Below are positions 9,989 through 19,631 of a stretch of DNA of 64,000 nucleotides, one piece after another. The position numbers and the translations under genes are program-made. Positions within the stretch are counted from its first letter, which is position 1, and every line of letters starts with the position of its first letter. The notes beneath the pieces are model-generated. The model saw only the letters and a program-made list of their open reading frames with translations, searched no databases and was not told where the DNA came from. Source of the stretch: Spirochaetales bacterium (lineage in GTDB: Bacteria; Spirochaetota; Spirochaetia; SZUA-6; JAFGRV01); the NCBI GenBank assembly GCA_016935735.1, contig JAFGQK010000119.1, forward strand, positions 254-64,253, in the 5' to 3' direction.

Positions 9989-11215
9989 ATGAAGATATGG
10001 ATAAAACTTCTTATTGGTATAATACTTGGAACAATTCTCGGATTTGTTATACCGGTAAATATAGGTTCGGACTTTTTCGGAGTGGCTTCTCAACTTGCCA
10101 TGAACATTGGGAGGTATATAGTATTCCCACTTGTCTTTTTTTCCGTTATTTATGGGACATACGAATTAAAGCTTGAGCATTCCCGGTTCAAGGTTTACGG
10201 ACTCATGTTTCTCTATATGCTTGCATCGACATTAATTCTGGTGATTATTGGTGTTGTTTCCGTATTTATTTTTTTCCAGGGAAGAATTAAGGCAGTGACA
10301 GATGAAATGGAATTAATCTATGTCCCGGGATTTAAAGAAGTAATCCTTTCGAGCTTTCCAAAAAATATGTTCAATGCCCTTATCGAACAGGGGGATTTTC
10401 TCCTCCCGGTTATTGTACTGGCAGTCGTATTCGGGATGAATCTTACTTTTGATAAAGTGATTACAAGACCTGTTGTTCAGTTTGTGGATTCATTATCCAG
10501 GATTTTCTATCATATCAATTCCTTTGTTACGGAGGTTTTTGCTGTAGGACTTGTTTTTATTACTGCTTCATCAATCATGGAATTAAGGTCCATTCAGAAT
10601 TTCGCTATCTATACACAGCTTATTTTGATTCTTGTCATTGATGTGGCAATCGTATTATTCGGAGTTTTCCCGGGAATTTTCTATCTTCTGGGGGAAAGAA
10701 AAAATCCGTATAAATGGCTGTATGCAATCACCGGTCCGCTCCTTACCGCACTTGCAACCGGTGATGAATATATTTCCTTAAGTATGCTTACGAAACATGG
10801 AAAAGAAAATATGGGAGTTCCGAGGAAAATAGGTTCAATTACCTATCCCATTTATGCACTTTTCGGCAAAGCGGGAACAGCACTGGTTGCCAGTGTCTCA
10901 TTTATTGTGATTTTAAAATCTGCAAGTTCGCTGGATATCACTATCCTGGATGCCCTCTGGGTTATTCTCTTTTCTTTTCTTGTCTCATTTGCTGTAGGCC
11001 CTGAACCGGGTGGGAGTGCTTTTGTTGCAATAGCATTGCTCTGGAAAGCATCCGGAAATCCTGCCCAGGAATCGTATCTTATTCTTAAAGCAATACAACC
11101 CCTGCTTATCGGTTTTGGCGTTATCCTGGATGTGGCAACTTCTGCTTTTGTTTCTTTCCTTATTACCCACAGGGACGGGGTAAAACTCAAAATCGAAGCC
11201 AGGGACTTTATATAG
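9989..11215 (+). CDS. Dicarboxylate/amino acid:cation symporter (SDF/DAACS family)
   Basis: 'MKIWIKLLIGIILG...YIVFPLVFFSVIYG', 'FPKNMFNAL' and polytopic topology typical of the GltP family; substrate motifs divergent. Confidence 0.8.
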   Translation: MKIWIKLLIGIILGTILGFVIPVNIGSDFFGVASQLAMNIGRYIVFPLVFFSVIYGTYELKLEHSRFKVYGLMFLYMLASTLILVIIGVVSVFIFFQGRIKAVTDEMELIYVPGFKEVILSSFPKNMFNALIEQGDFLLPVIVLAVVFGMNLTFDKVITRPVVQFVDSLSRIFYHINSFVTEVFAVGLVFITASSIMELRSIQNFAIYTQLILILVIDVAIVLFGVFPGIFYLLGERKNPYKWLYAITGPLLTALATGDEYISLSMLTKHGKENMGVPRKIGSITYPIYALFGKAGTALVASVSFIVILKSASSLDITILDALWVILFSFLVSFAVGPEPGGSAFVAIALLWKASGNPAQESYLILKAIQPLLIGFGVILDVATSAFVSFLITHRDGVKLKIEARDFI

Positions 11216-11305
11216 CATTCACCGGTAAAAAAAGCAAAAAAGAACTTTTATCATTCATCTAAAATTCCTCCTGTATCATGACGATATTGAAAAGGGAGGG
11301 GTAAT

Positions 11306-13003
11306 ATGATTACTATATTACAAAATCAGCATATTTGTAAAAGAAAAAGGACTTATTCGGCCTTTAAAAAGGAACAATTCAGGGAAAATCCCCGGGAATT
11401 TAAACAGTTACCCTTTTTATTTTCTTCAAGTAATAAAAGAACAAAGAGATATGTGTTGAAATTACCAGTCATCTCCGGTGTGGCACTATTTATCCTCTGT
11501 ATCTTTGTTTCTGCACCCCACATTTTTTCTTTGAGCCTTTCAAAAAAAATAACCGAAACATTTCAACTCCCGGATGAATCCAGTCTTATCGGGTATCCGG
11601 ATGGATATGAATATGTGGCCAATCTACAGGATGAAAGGGAATTCGGGATAATCCGGATTGTACACGAAGATAACAACCATAAAGAGTATCCATCACATTA
11701 TATTGTTAAAAAGGGAGATTCCGTTTACAGTATTTCCAGGGAATATAATATTTCTTTATATGATATTTTAAGAGAAAACAGGATATCTGACCCGACAAAA
11801 CTGAAAATCGGGGATATCCTTAAATTCCCCGTTTTTCCCGGGGAAAACACTTTTTCCAGGGAAACTGCAGTTTCATATAATCCGGGGACAAATCTTCCTG
11901 AAGATATCGAGATTTCTGTAGATAAAAAATCCGGGATTGCTCCTTTAAAAGTAACCTTTAATTTGAATACGGAACTGAAAGCAGGAACGGATGATGAACC
12001 TTTCTCATTCATGTGGGTGCTGGGGAATGACAGGTATGTTTTCGATAAACAGGCGGAATACACTTATACAAATCCTGGTCTGTATAATGCTTTTCTTATT
12101 GTATCCGGGAATAGAAATAAAGAGGTTGTCTCGAATAAAATAGATATAGAAGTAAAAAAGGAAAATGTACGAAGATTACGTATAGAAACAAAAAACCAGC
12201 AATACATTACGGTGAATCAGATCAATAAGACACTTACTCTATCAGATCTTGCCGGACTTCCCGGGATTAACATGAAAGAACCGGATATGAAAATAACACA
12301 ATCCCCTGAGCTTTTACAGCACCTTGGAAATGGGCAATTTCTTAGTACCAGGTCCGGTTATTCCCGGATTACCGTTCTTGCAAATACCCAAAGGTATGTT
12401 TCATATGTATTTGTAAGCCCCATTCCCTCGAAACATAGCTGGGAACCTCCTTTCGATTGGTATAAAACACAGTTTGCTACCGGTATAACAGGGAACTGCG
12501 GACCTGCCAGTGTAGCAATGGCAATCCTTTGGGCAACAGGGGAAGATGTCCCTGTTGCAAAAATAAGATCGGAAATCGGTTTACCAAATAAAAACGGTGC
12601 GATTAATTTATCACATATGTTTCCATCCTTTAAAAAACGGAGAATCAATGCTTACCATACTTTCATTAATAATCCGGGAGATGTAAGAAACATCATCGAC
12701 CGGGGGAATATTGCGATTATCGTTTTTAATACAAGAACCATATCAAAAACAAAAGGGGACATAAAGAAAAATTTTACCGGCCGGTATTACGATGATATAA
12801 CAGGGCATTACTGTATTATCAAGGGATATACCCCGGATGGGAAATACTTTATTGTTTATGATCCCATTCCTTCGGACTGGACGGGAAATAGTGCCCGCTA
12901 TTCGGATGGTGTAAGCATGATTGGAAAAAACAGATATTATTCTGTTTCAGAGTTGTTCAGGACAATTGGGAAAAAGGTAATAGAGATAACACGAAACCCA
13001 TGA
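11306..13003 (+). CDS. LysM + PKD + C39-like cysteine peptidase domain protein
   Basis: LysM 'YIVKKGDSVYSISREYNI...LKIGDILKFP'; PKD 'SGIAPLKVTF...YTYTNPGLY'; papain-like triad 'NCGPASVAM', 'GHYCIIKGY', 'VYDP'. Confidence 0.8.
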   Translation: MITILQNQHICKRKRTYSAFKKEQFRENPREFKQLPFLFSSSNKRTKRYVLKLPVISGVALFILCIFVSAPHIFSLSLSKKITETFQLPDESSLIGYPDGYEYVANLQDEREFGIIRIVHEDNNHKEYPSHYIVKKGDSVYSISREYNISLYDILRENRISDPTKLKIGDILKFPVFPGENTFSRETAVSYNPGTNLPEDIEISVDKKSGIAPLKVTFNLNTELKAGTDDEPFSFMWVLGNDRYVFDKQAEYTYTNPGLYNAFLIVSGNRNKEVVSNKIDIEVKKENVRRLRIETKNQQYITVNQINKTLTLSDLAGLPGINMKEPDMKITQSPELLQHLGNGQFLSTRSGYSRITVLANTQRYVSYVFVSPIPSKHSWEPPFDWYKTQFATGITGNCGPASVAMAILWATGEDVPVAKIRSEIGLPNKNGAINLSHMFPSFKKRRINAYHTFINNPGDVRNIIDRGNIAIIVFNTRTISKTKGDIKKNFTGRYYDDITGHYCIIKGYTPDGKYFIVYDPIPSDWTGNSARYSDGVSMIGKNRYYSVSELFRTIGKKVIEITRNP

Positions 13004-13115
13004 TTACTTGAATATTGCTGATTTTTTCTTTGTTGTTATCTTTTTATTTTCCACATCAAGATTGTGACACCATATAGCGTCAGAAGCGCTATACGAATGT
13101 TAAGTACCACTTGCG

Positions 13116-13580
13116 TCAACCAAGTATCAATTGAACAATAAATGTACTAATGATTATTATTGGAATAATAAATACTAATCCAAGAGTAAATGTTTTTTTT
13201 ACATGTATTTTCATCGTTTCCATATTCGTTGTCTCCGGTATTTTTAAGAATCCCGGCCGTATTTTACCGATTAACAGTAAATCTATGAAAAATGAATCAA
13301 ACAAAACCAATAAGATCATTAAAATGGATATATATGCTATCTTTTCCGGGAAACTGACTTTCCCTTTAAAAGAGACTACCCCGAAAAGTACAAAAAAGGA
13401 AATAATCAATATGAATACAGAGAACATTATCAGTATACCAGTAAATGATTGTTCCTTTTTCAAATGGCCGGACGGATCCCTGGTTTTATGAACAATCCCG
13501 GTTTTATAAACAACAAATGTCAATAGCAGAAGAGAAAAGGAACCGATTGTAAAGAATATTAAAATACTTCCTGTCATCAT
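13116..13580 (-). CDS. Hypothetical 5-TM membrane protein
   Basis: Hydrophobic ORF; likely start at ATG 13580 (the track's TTG extension to 13679 looks non-homologous). Confidence 0.65.
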   Translation of the reverse strand: MMTGSILIFFTIGSFSLLLLTFVVYKTGIVHKTRDPSGHLKKEQSFTGILIMFSVFILIISFFVLFGVVSFKGKVSFPEKIAYISILMILLVLFDSFFIDLLLIGKIRPGFLKIPETTNMETMKIHVKKTFTLGLVFIIPIIIISTFIVQLILG

Positions 13581-13894
13581 CGCTGTCCGGCTATATCTTT
13601 GTACGTAACCGATTTGTAATGGTATATCGATATACTCATCTATTACCTCCACATTACTATTAATTTCTTGTTTGTACAATTATCTGATTATAATCTTCTT
13701 CCAGGTTTCCGTATTCATTATTAAAATTCTCAAAATTTTCTTCAAAAAGATTCATTATTGACATATGAGATGGTTTTACTTTTTTCTTTAATAATTTCAC
13801 TCCCTCTTTCATCAAATATGAAGCTCATTCAACAAAATAATCCATTTGTTCTGTTTGCAGATATTTCATAGGACGTATCACTTTCCCTTTATAT

Positions 13895-13946
13895 GCTATT
13901 AAGTCTTATTTTCTTGTTTTTTAACAAGAAAATAAGACTTAATAGC
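13895..13946. repeat. Perfect 24-bp inverted repeat with 4-nt loop
   Basis: GCTATTAAGTCTTATTTTCTTGTT-TTTT-AACAAGAAAATAAGACTTAATAGC. Confidence 0.95.
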
Positions 13947-13999
13947 CGAACGCAGGCATTTGGAAATCACATCATTTTTGGTTGCGGGCATAGCCTGCG

Positions 14000-14548
14000 T
14001 CATGAATATAAATCGATAATATCTTTTATTTTTTTATTAATAGCTTCTTCAGGGTAAAAATCCAGTAAATTATCATCATATTTTGAGTTAATAAATAGTT
14101 TCCAGGTATTCCAATCAGGATTCTTCTGAATAAATTCAATATCAATACCATACCAGTCTTTCTTTATTTCCCGGATAAATAATGGATTTTCATTAAATTG
14201 AGTACAAAATTTCTTTTTGGCAGGACGATTAATATAAAATTCCCATAAATTATCCAGAAACAGATGATATAAATATCCAATTTTAAAACTTCTTTCTTTA
14301 CTTGATAATTTATTTTCATTTGTCTTTACATATTTTCTATAGAACATTAAATCTTCGGTCTTCCATTTAGGAATATTTTTATTTCTAAAGTGGCTTATCG
14401 ATGACGGGGTCGAGTATGTCTTCTTATCCGGATTCAGAATACCAGCATCCGGTGCAATATTTCCGATTAAAAAGTATTGATAATCTTTTCTAGAGTATTC
14501 ATGTTGAAATTTTTCTGCAACTCGTAAATGTGTAATCCAGGTAGCCAT
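14000..14548 (-). CDS. Zinc-dependent phospholipase C family (HD-like) protein, possibly C-terminally truncated
   Basis: 'MATWITHLRVAE...GNIAPD...SHF...GYLYHLFLDNLW' metal-binding pattern. Confidence 0.75.
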   Translation of the reverse strand: MATWITHLRVAEKFQHEYSRKDYQYFLIGNIAPDAGILNPDKKTYSTPSSISHFRNKNIPKWKTEDLMFYRKYVKTNENKLSSKERSFKIGYLYHLFLDNLWEFYINRPAKKKFCTQFNENPLFIREIKKDWYGIDIEFIQKNPDWNTWKLFINSKYDDNLLDFYPEEAINKKIKDIIDLYS

Positions 14549-14621
14549 ATTAATACCCTCTTATATTATAGATATCTCTTCCTGTGTAATCGGTGGTTTC
14601 CCTTTTCTTGAATCTATATTC

Positions 14622-15134
14622 CTATATAGATACAATTTCCCCGGTAGTTTTAACATCAATAAGTTTTTTTATCTCACTATTTACTTCTTCTATTATTTTC
14701 CCGGCATCTTTATTGTAATTACTATGTCCATCACTTACAAGTATTGCTTTAAAACCGTTTTCTATTGCCCCCATACAGGTCGCTTTCACACAACCATGTG
14801 AAACCAATCCGCATATAAGTACCTGGTTGATATTCAATGTATTTAGTTCAGTTTTCAGTGATGTTCCTATAAACGAATCACCATGCTCCTTTTCAATCCG
14901 TATGTCATTCGTATCATAATCGATGTCCTGGTGTATTTCCCAATCGGGAGTTGATTTTTTTAAAAAGCTTTTGCTGCAATGCTGTATAATAACGACATAA
15001 TTACTGGTTTTTCTTGTATGTTTGATAAGCTTGTTAATGTTTTCTATTAATGTATTCTCTTTGTATAGTTTCGTCTTTTTCTTGAATATTCCTTTCTGTA
15101 CATCAATAACCAATAAAGCATATTTTTCTTCCAT
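14622..15134 (-). CDS. Isochorismatase-family cysteine hydrolase
   Basis: 'ALLVIDVQ', 'K..GDSF', 'GLVSHGCVKAT' catalytic Asp/Lys/Cys pattern. Confidence 0.9.
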   Translation of the reverse strand: MEEKYALLVIDVQKGIFKKKTKLYKENTLIENINKLIKHTRKTSNYVVIIQHCSKSFLKKSTPDWEIHQDIDYDTNDIRIEKEHGDSFIGTSLKTELNTLNINQVLICGLVSHGCVKATCMGAIENGFKAILVSDGHSNYNKDAGKIIEEVNSEIKKLIDVKTTGEIVSI

Positions 15135-15200
15135 ACAATTCCCTTTCCAATTCTTGACTATCTCCCTTAAATTCGCTGCCAGGTGATATATACATCATTC

Positions 15201-16088
15201 TTAATCAGACTCCATACCGGCCATTTCCCTGTAACGTTCCGTATCAAAACCAAGGTATTCAGCTTCTCTAAAAAGTTCTTCTGCTTTATTCATATCTTTT
15301 TCGACATCCTCTCCCTGTGCATACATAACAGCAAGAGTTGCAGATGCCTGACCACTTCCAGCGTCGACAGCCATTGAGTACCATTCAACAGCTTTTAGCA
15401 TATCCTTTTTTACATATTTACCAGTTGCATAAAATGATCCCATATTGTAGCATGCCCGGTAATGGCCTGCTTCAGCAGCTTTCAGATTTGCTTCAAATGC
15501 CTTTTCATTATCGATTTCTGTTCCAATTCCGGTTGAATAATGAATATATAATTCAAATAATGCATTGGAATTACCCATTGCAGCAGCCTTTTCCTGTAAC
15601 TTAAAAGCAGCAACCGGATCTCTTTTCGTTCCAAATCCGGCACATAAAAATAGACCATACAAGTATATTACATTATGAGCATTTTCATTTTCTTTCATAT
15701 ACTCAATCAACATCTTACAGGTTTCAGCTTCCTCCTCTTCAGGCAAACCATCTCTTAGTTCAAACCATCTGAACTCTATTAGTTTAATAACGGCATCTTT
15801 GACCCCGGCTTTTATCGCCTCTTTCAGTATCTCTTCAACTTTGTTATATTTATAATCCTTTTTATAATAATTCACAAGTTCAAATAAAGCTTCGGTACAA
15901 CCTCCTTTATAGGCAAATTGCAGTGCATTTTCAGCTTTTTCAACTTCTTCCATTGACAGGATACCTATCATTAAATCACCTCTCATAAGCCGGAGTTGCA
16001 AATCTTGATACCACTCCATAGCCAGATTTGCAGATTCTTTTGAAGGTGGTTTCATTAATATTTCATCAATATTAAATTTGGACATCAT
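15201..16088 (-). CDS. Sel1-like repeat protein
   Basis: Repeats such as 'ACYNMGSFYATGKYVKKDMLKAVEWYSMAVDAG' and 'LAVMYAQGEDVEKDMNKA'. Confidence 0.9.
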   Translation of the reverse strand: MMSKFNIDEILMKPPSKESANLAMEWYQDLQLRLMRGDLMIGILSMEEVEKAENALQFAYKGGCTEALFELVNYYKKDYKYNKVEEILKEAIKAGVKDAVIKLIEFRWFELRDGLPEEEEAETCKMLIEYMKENENAHNVIYLYGLFLCAGFGTKRDPVAAFKLQEKAAAMGNSNALFELYIHYSTGIGTEIDNEKAFEANLKAAEAGHYRACYNMGSFYATGKYVKKDMLKAVEWYSMAVDAGSGQASATLAVMYAQGEDVEKDMNKAEELFREAEYLGFDTERYREMAGMESD

Positions 16089-16260
16089 GTTTCTCCTTTA
16101 TGCTTTAAATTCATCACACGCGATTCTCATATTTTCTATCAAACAATAAATAGTAAGTCCGTTATTTTGTGCAGTTATCGGTCGATTATCCAATTTTTTC
16201 AACACGGATTTATGTAAATTTTAATTGATTTTCACTTATTTCCTGCTTTTCCTGGTTAAC

Positions 16261-16297
16261 AAAAACCCCGGTCAAAACCAGTTTTGTTTTGACCGGG
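16261..16297 (-). terminator. Rho-independent terminator after the MCP gene
   Basis: CCCGGTCAAAAC-N7-GTTTTGACCGGG 12-bp stem, T-run on the minus strand. Confidence 0.75.
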
Positions 16298-16307
16298 ATT
16301 GATCTTT

Positions 16308-18581
16308 TCATTCCTTGTTAAATTTCGTTATAGAAATTTCCAGGTCTTTACTCATATTCACAATATTATTTATCGAATTGAATATCTGCCTTGCTATTTC
16401 TGCCGACTCCTTGGCAATTTTTGCCATTTGTGTCATCGTCTCTGCTGCCTGTTTTGAACCATTTTCCTGCTGCTTTATTGAAATATCGATTTTCTGTGTG
16501 AATATATAATTATTATTGATGTTTTCCACGACCTCCTTAAGACTTGTATGCAAGCTTTTAGCAATATCCACACTCTCGACTACCCTCTTTGATTCGGTTC
16601 TGCTGGATGTTATAATGGAATTGATAAATGCCGTAATATCTTTTGCAGCTACCTCGGCTTTTTTTGCTGTCGTAATCGTCTCTTTTGATAATTCTCTTAT
16701 TTCCGCAGCAATAATACTGAAACCTTTACCTGTTTCTCCGGCACGTGAGGCCTCAATCGATGCATTTATCGCCAATATATTGGTCTTGTTCGCAACTTCC
16801 TTTATTATTTCCACCAGTTCGTTTATTAACTCAGATCTTTTCCCTAATTCACCAATCTGATTGGCATTAGTCTCGCTGATTTGCCCTGCTTCTCCCAGTT
16901 GTGTCACCGTCTTTACTAATAGTTCCTGCCCTTTCAATAATTCTTTAACGACTTCACCGCTTGCCATAACCAATTCGCTTGCATTCATCGTAATCTGTTT
17001 TGCTGTTATACTTAATTCCCCCAGTGTTGCACTTACCTCTGTTATACTGCTTGCCTGTTCGGTCGATGCTGCCTTTTGTTCCTCCACTGCTGCATGGATT
17101 TCTTTTGTATTCGACACCAATTCAATAATGCCTATTTGAACCTTACTTATGATCTCATAGAGATTTTTACTCATCATCATAAAGGCTTTTCCCAGGTCTC
17201 CCTTCAGGCTTTGATTTACTATATTCTTTGTAAGATTCCCTTCTGCAATAACATTTGCACTTTTCTCAATCTCCTGTAATGAGCTGATAAAATAATTGAA
17301 CCATGCACCGATTTCATTGAATTCATTATCGCATATTGTCCTGTAAATAAAACATCCCGGACAATTCCTGTATTTGCCGGATAGAAGTGCGGGGCATCTT
17401 GTCTCCTGGCCGATTTCCGGTGCAAAACTGCCGATTTCAAAAAAACAGTACGATTTCTCCTTCTTTAACTCTTTAAAATCATTAACATCAAATTCTCCAC
17501 GCGATGAATAATCGATCTTTTTCAGAGGATACGCCACAGCAAGGTTCCCTTTGGAAGATTGGGTCAATATGGATCTCAATGTATTGATAGGCTTCAAAAA
17601 AACAATTGAATATCCGAAGAGTAATAAAAGAATAAACACAATAGCGATAATGACAATAAATATAATAATGTTCTGGGTCTGTACATATAATGGTCGAAAG
17701 ATTTCTTTTAAATAATTATCTACCAGGAATATCCAGTTCATTTCTTCATAGTATTCATAAATGACCAGTTTGTTTTCCTTTATATTATTTTCTATTACCT
17801 GATAGGTTAATTCCCCGGTTTTATTCTTGCATATTTCGCGAATATAAAAGTAGCCTTTTATATCCCGGTTATCATAAATATTATCTCCTTCATAAATATC
17901 ATGATATAAAACATTTCCCCGGTCATCGATAATCGAAATCGATTCACCTTTATTTTTTTCCAGGCTTGCAATATCGTCTTTCAAATCTTCGGTTGTAAGA
18001 AGATAATTCAATTCCTCTATAATAACCGTTGTACAGAGTATCCAGTTCCACCCGGGAAACTGTATAAAGTACAGAGCTTTTTTATGGTCATATATTTCAC
18101 CAAATTCTTTCCAGCGATATTCAATATAGCCTTCATTTTTAGAACCTATTTGTTGAACAAAATCATATTCGGAAGCATCTTGATTTTTCAATAATGGATG
18201 CATTTCAAACGTTATAACAGGCGTCCTGCTTGTATTCAGGATGAATAGATATCCTGTTTTACCTACAGTTTTTTCACTTATTTTTCTTTCTATTTGATTT
18301 ATTGCTTCAGTTTTTTTTAATTTTTTTTCCTGAACCTGTTTATAGTATGATTTTAGCTCAGATACCATTGACTCAGAGATCGCCCTCAAATAATTTTTTA
18401 TGGCTAAAGTAACATTCTTTTTATAATTCAATACAATATTTTTTGATACATTGCGAATCTGACTTTTAATTGAAGAGAGGATTAATCCTTCACTTGTATA
18501 ATAGAAAAAGAGTAAGAGTATGCCCGCTATTAAAGCAATGACAATACCAAAACTGATCAGGAATTTATACTTAACTTTCAT
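16308..18581 (-). CDS. Methyl-accepting chemotaxis protein with Cache sensor domains, tandem HAMPs and a Cys-rich insert
   Basis: TM-Cache ('VGKTGYLFIL..MHP', 'SIIDDRGNVLYH')-TM; signalling tip 'KTNILAINASIEASRAGETGKGFSIIAAEIRELS'. Confidence 0.92.
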   Translation of the reverse strand: MKVKYKFLISFGIVIALIAGILLLFFYYTSEGLILSSIKSQIRNVSKNIVLNYKKNVTLAIKNYLRAISESMVSELKSYYKQVQEKKLKKTEAINQIERKISEKTVGKTGYLFILNTSRTPVITFEMHPLLKNQDASEYDFVQQIGSKNEGYIEYRWKEFGEIYDHKKALYFIQFPGWNWILCTTVIIEELNYLLTTEDLKDDIASLEKNKGESISIIDDRGNVLYHDIYEGDNIYDNRDIKGYFYIREICKNKTGELTYQVIENNIKENKLVIYEYYEEMNWIFLVDNYLKEIFRPLYVQTQNIIIFIVIIAIVFILLLLFGYSIVFLKPINTLRSILTQSSKGNLAVAYPLKKIDYSSRGEFDVNDFKELKKEKSYCFFEIGSFAPEIGQETRCPALLSGKYRNCPGCFIYRTICDNEFNEIGAWFNYFISSLQEIEKSANVIAEGNLTKNIVNQSLKGDLGKAFMMMSKNLYEIISKVQIGIIELVSNTKEIHAAVEEQKAASTEQASSITEVSATLGELSITAKQITMNASELVMASGEVVKELLKGQELLVKTVTQLGEAGQISETNANQIGELGKRSELINELVEIIKEVANKTNILAINASIEASRAGETGKGFSIIAAEIRELSKETITTAKKAEVAAKDITAFINSIITSSRTESKRVVESVDIAKSLHTSLKEVVENINNNYIFTQKIDISIKQQENGSKQAAETMTQMAKIAKESAEIARQIFNSINNIVNMSKDLEISITKFNKE

Positions 18582-18587
18582 ACGGAA

Positions 18588-19421
18588 TTATAACTTTCTT
18601 ACAATATCATAAAAACTATCGTCCCGGACAACATATCCTACAGCCTGTAAACCGCTTAACACTTCCGGGCTTACATTCACCAGCAGTTCTCTTACCTTTG
18701 CTGTCAGTTCCGGGGTAAGTGATGGGTGTGCTGTCATACATAAATTGGGAATGGGTGGTGTTGTATAGATAACTTTGTATATATCCCCGTCTTTTTCAAC
18801 CGCTTTGGTCAGGTTAAAATCCCATGTCGCCCCGGCATCAATCTTCCCCTGTGTAACAGCATCGGTTACATTAGGGTGGGAACCCAAAAAGAGTGTTTCA
18901 CCGAAAAAGGTCTCATAATCGATATTCATCGACTTAAGCATGGCATTCGGATATTTAAATCCACTTGATGACCCCTTATCGACAAAGCCGAATTTTTTCC
19001 CTTTCAGGCTTTGTATATCAGTAATATCATCCCTGGTTTTTAACGCAACGATATACCCAAGATATGAATCAATCTTTTTCGTCTTGTCCGGATTCATCTG
19101 TAGTTCTGTTACAAGTAATTCAATGTTCGGATCTGTCTTTTTTGCCTGGATATACAGAACAGGTGATAAAATGCAGAATTGTACCTCGCCTTTTATTAAC
19201 CACTGGAGTACCTCATCGTATCCTGACCCGATCTGGACGACAAAATTCTGTTTTGTATTCTTGCTTAAATAATCCATAAGAGGTTTGTATAATGCCGTTG
19301 TCTCCTCGACTGTTTGATTCTTTTCAAGGCCGAGAGCGGCAAACTTTATTGTTCTGGCATCCTGGCTGCATGAAAAAAATAACAATACTCCCACTACCAA
19401 GAAAATAATGATATTCTTCAT
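18588..19421 (-). CDS. Phosphate/phosphonate-type ABC substrate-binding lipoprotein (PhnD-like)
   Basis: Lipobox 'LLFFS-C'; 'LKGKKFGFVDKGSSSGFKYP', 'GSHPNV...GKIDAGA', 'TPPIPN' match the PhnD family. Confidence 0.88.
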   Translation of the reverse strand: MKNIIIFLVVGVLLFFSCSQDARTIKFAALGLEKNQTVEETTALYKPLMDYLSKNTKQNFVVQIGSGYDEVLQWLIKGEVQFCILSPVLYIQAKKTDPNIELLVTELQMNPDKTKKIDSYLGYIVALKTRDDITDIQSLKGKKFGFVDKGSSSGFKYPNAMLKSMNIDYETFFGETLFLGSHPNVTDAVTQGKIDAGATWDFNLTKAVEKDGDIYKVIYTTPPIPNLCMTAHPSLTPELTAKVRELLVNVSPEVLSGLQAVGYVVRDDSFYDIVRKL

Positions 19422-19631
19422 ATTTTCCTCCTTAATTTATAAATTGTTTATAATTAGTATGGCCATAGTTTCAATGATAAAGTATCGGTATAATACATGT
19501 CAAATTTCTGATAATGAAAATTCAGATAAATTATATTTTTCACCTTAACAGGGATATAATGAAATTATGTTAAGTATAATGATGAAAGACAGCTATTCAC
19601 GTGAAAACATGCTTTTTATGAAGAATCCCTT

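Noticed and set aside
15135-15200. Possible collapsed attC (TCACCT-GGCAGC) between the Sel1 and isochorismatase genes
   Set aside because: No AAC/GTT triplets or hairpin; too little signal.
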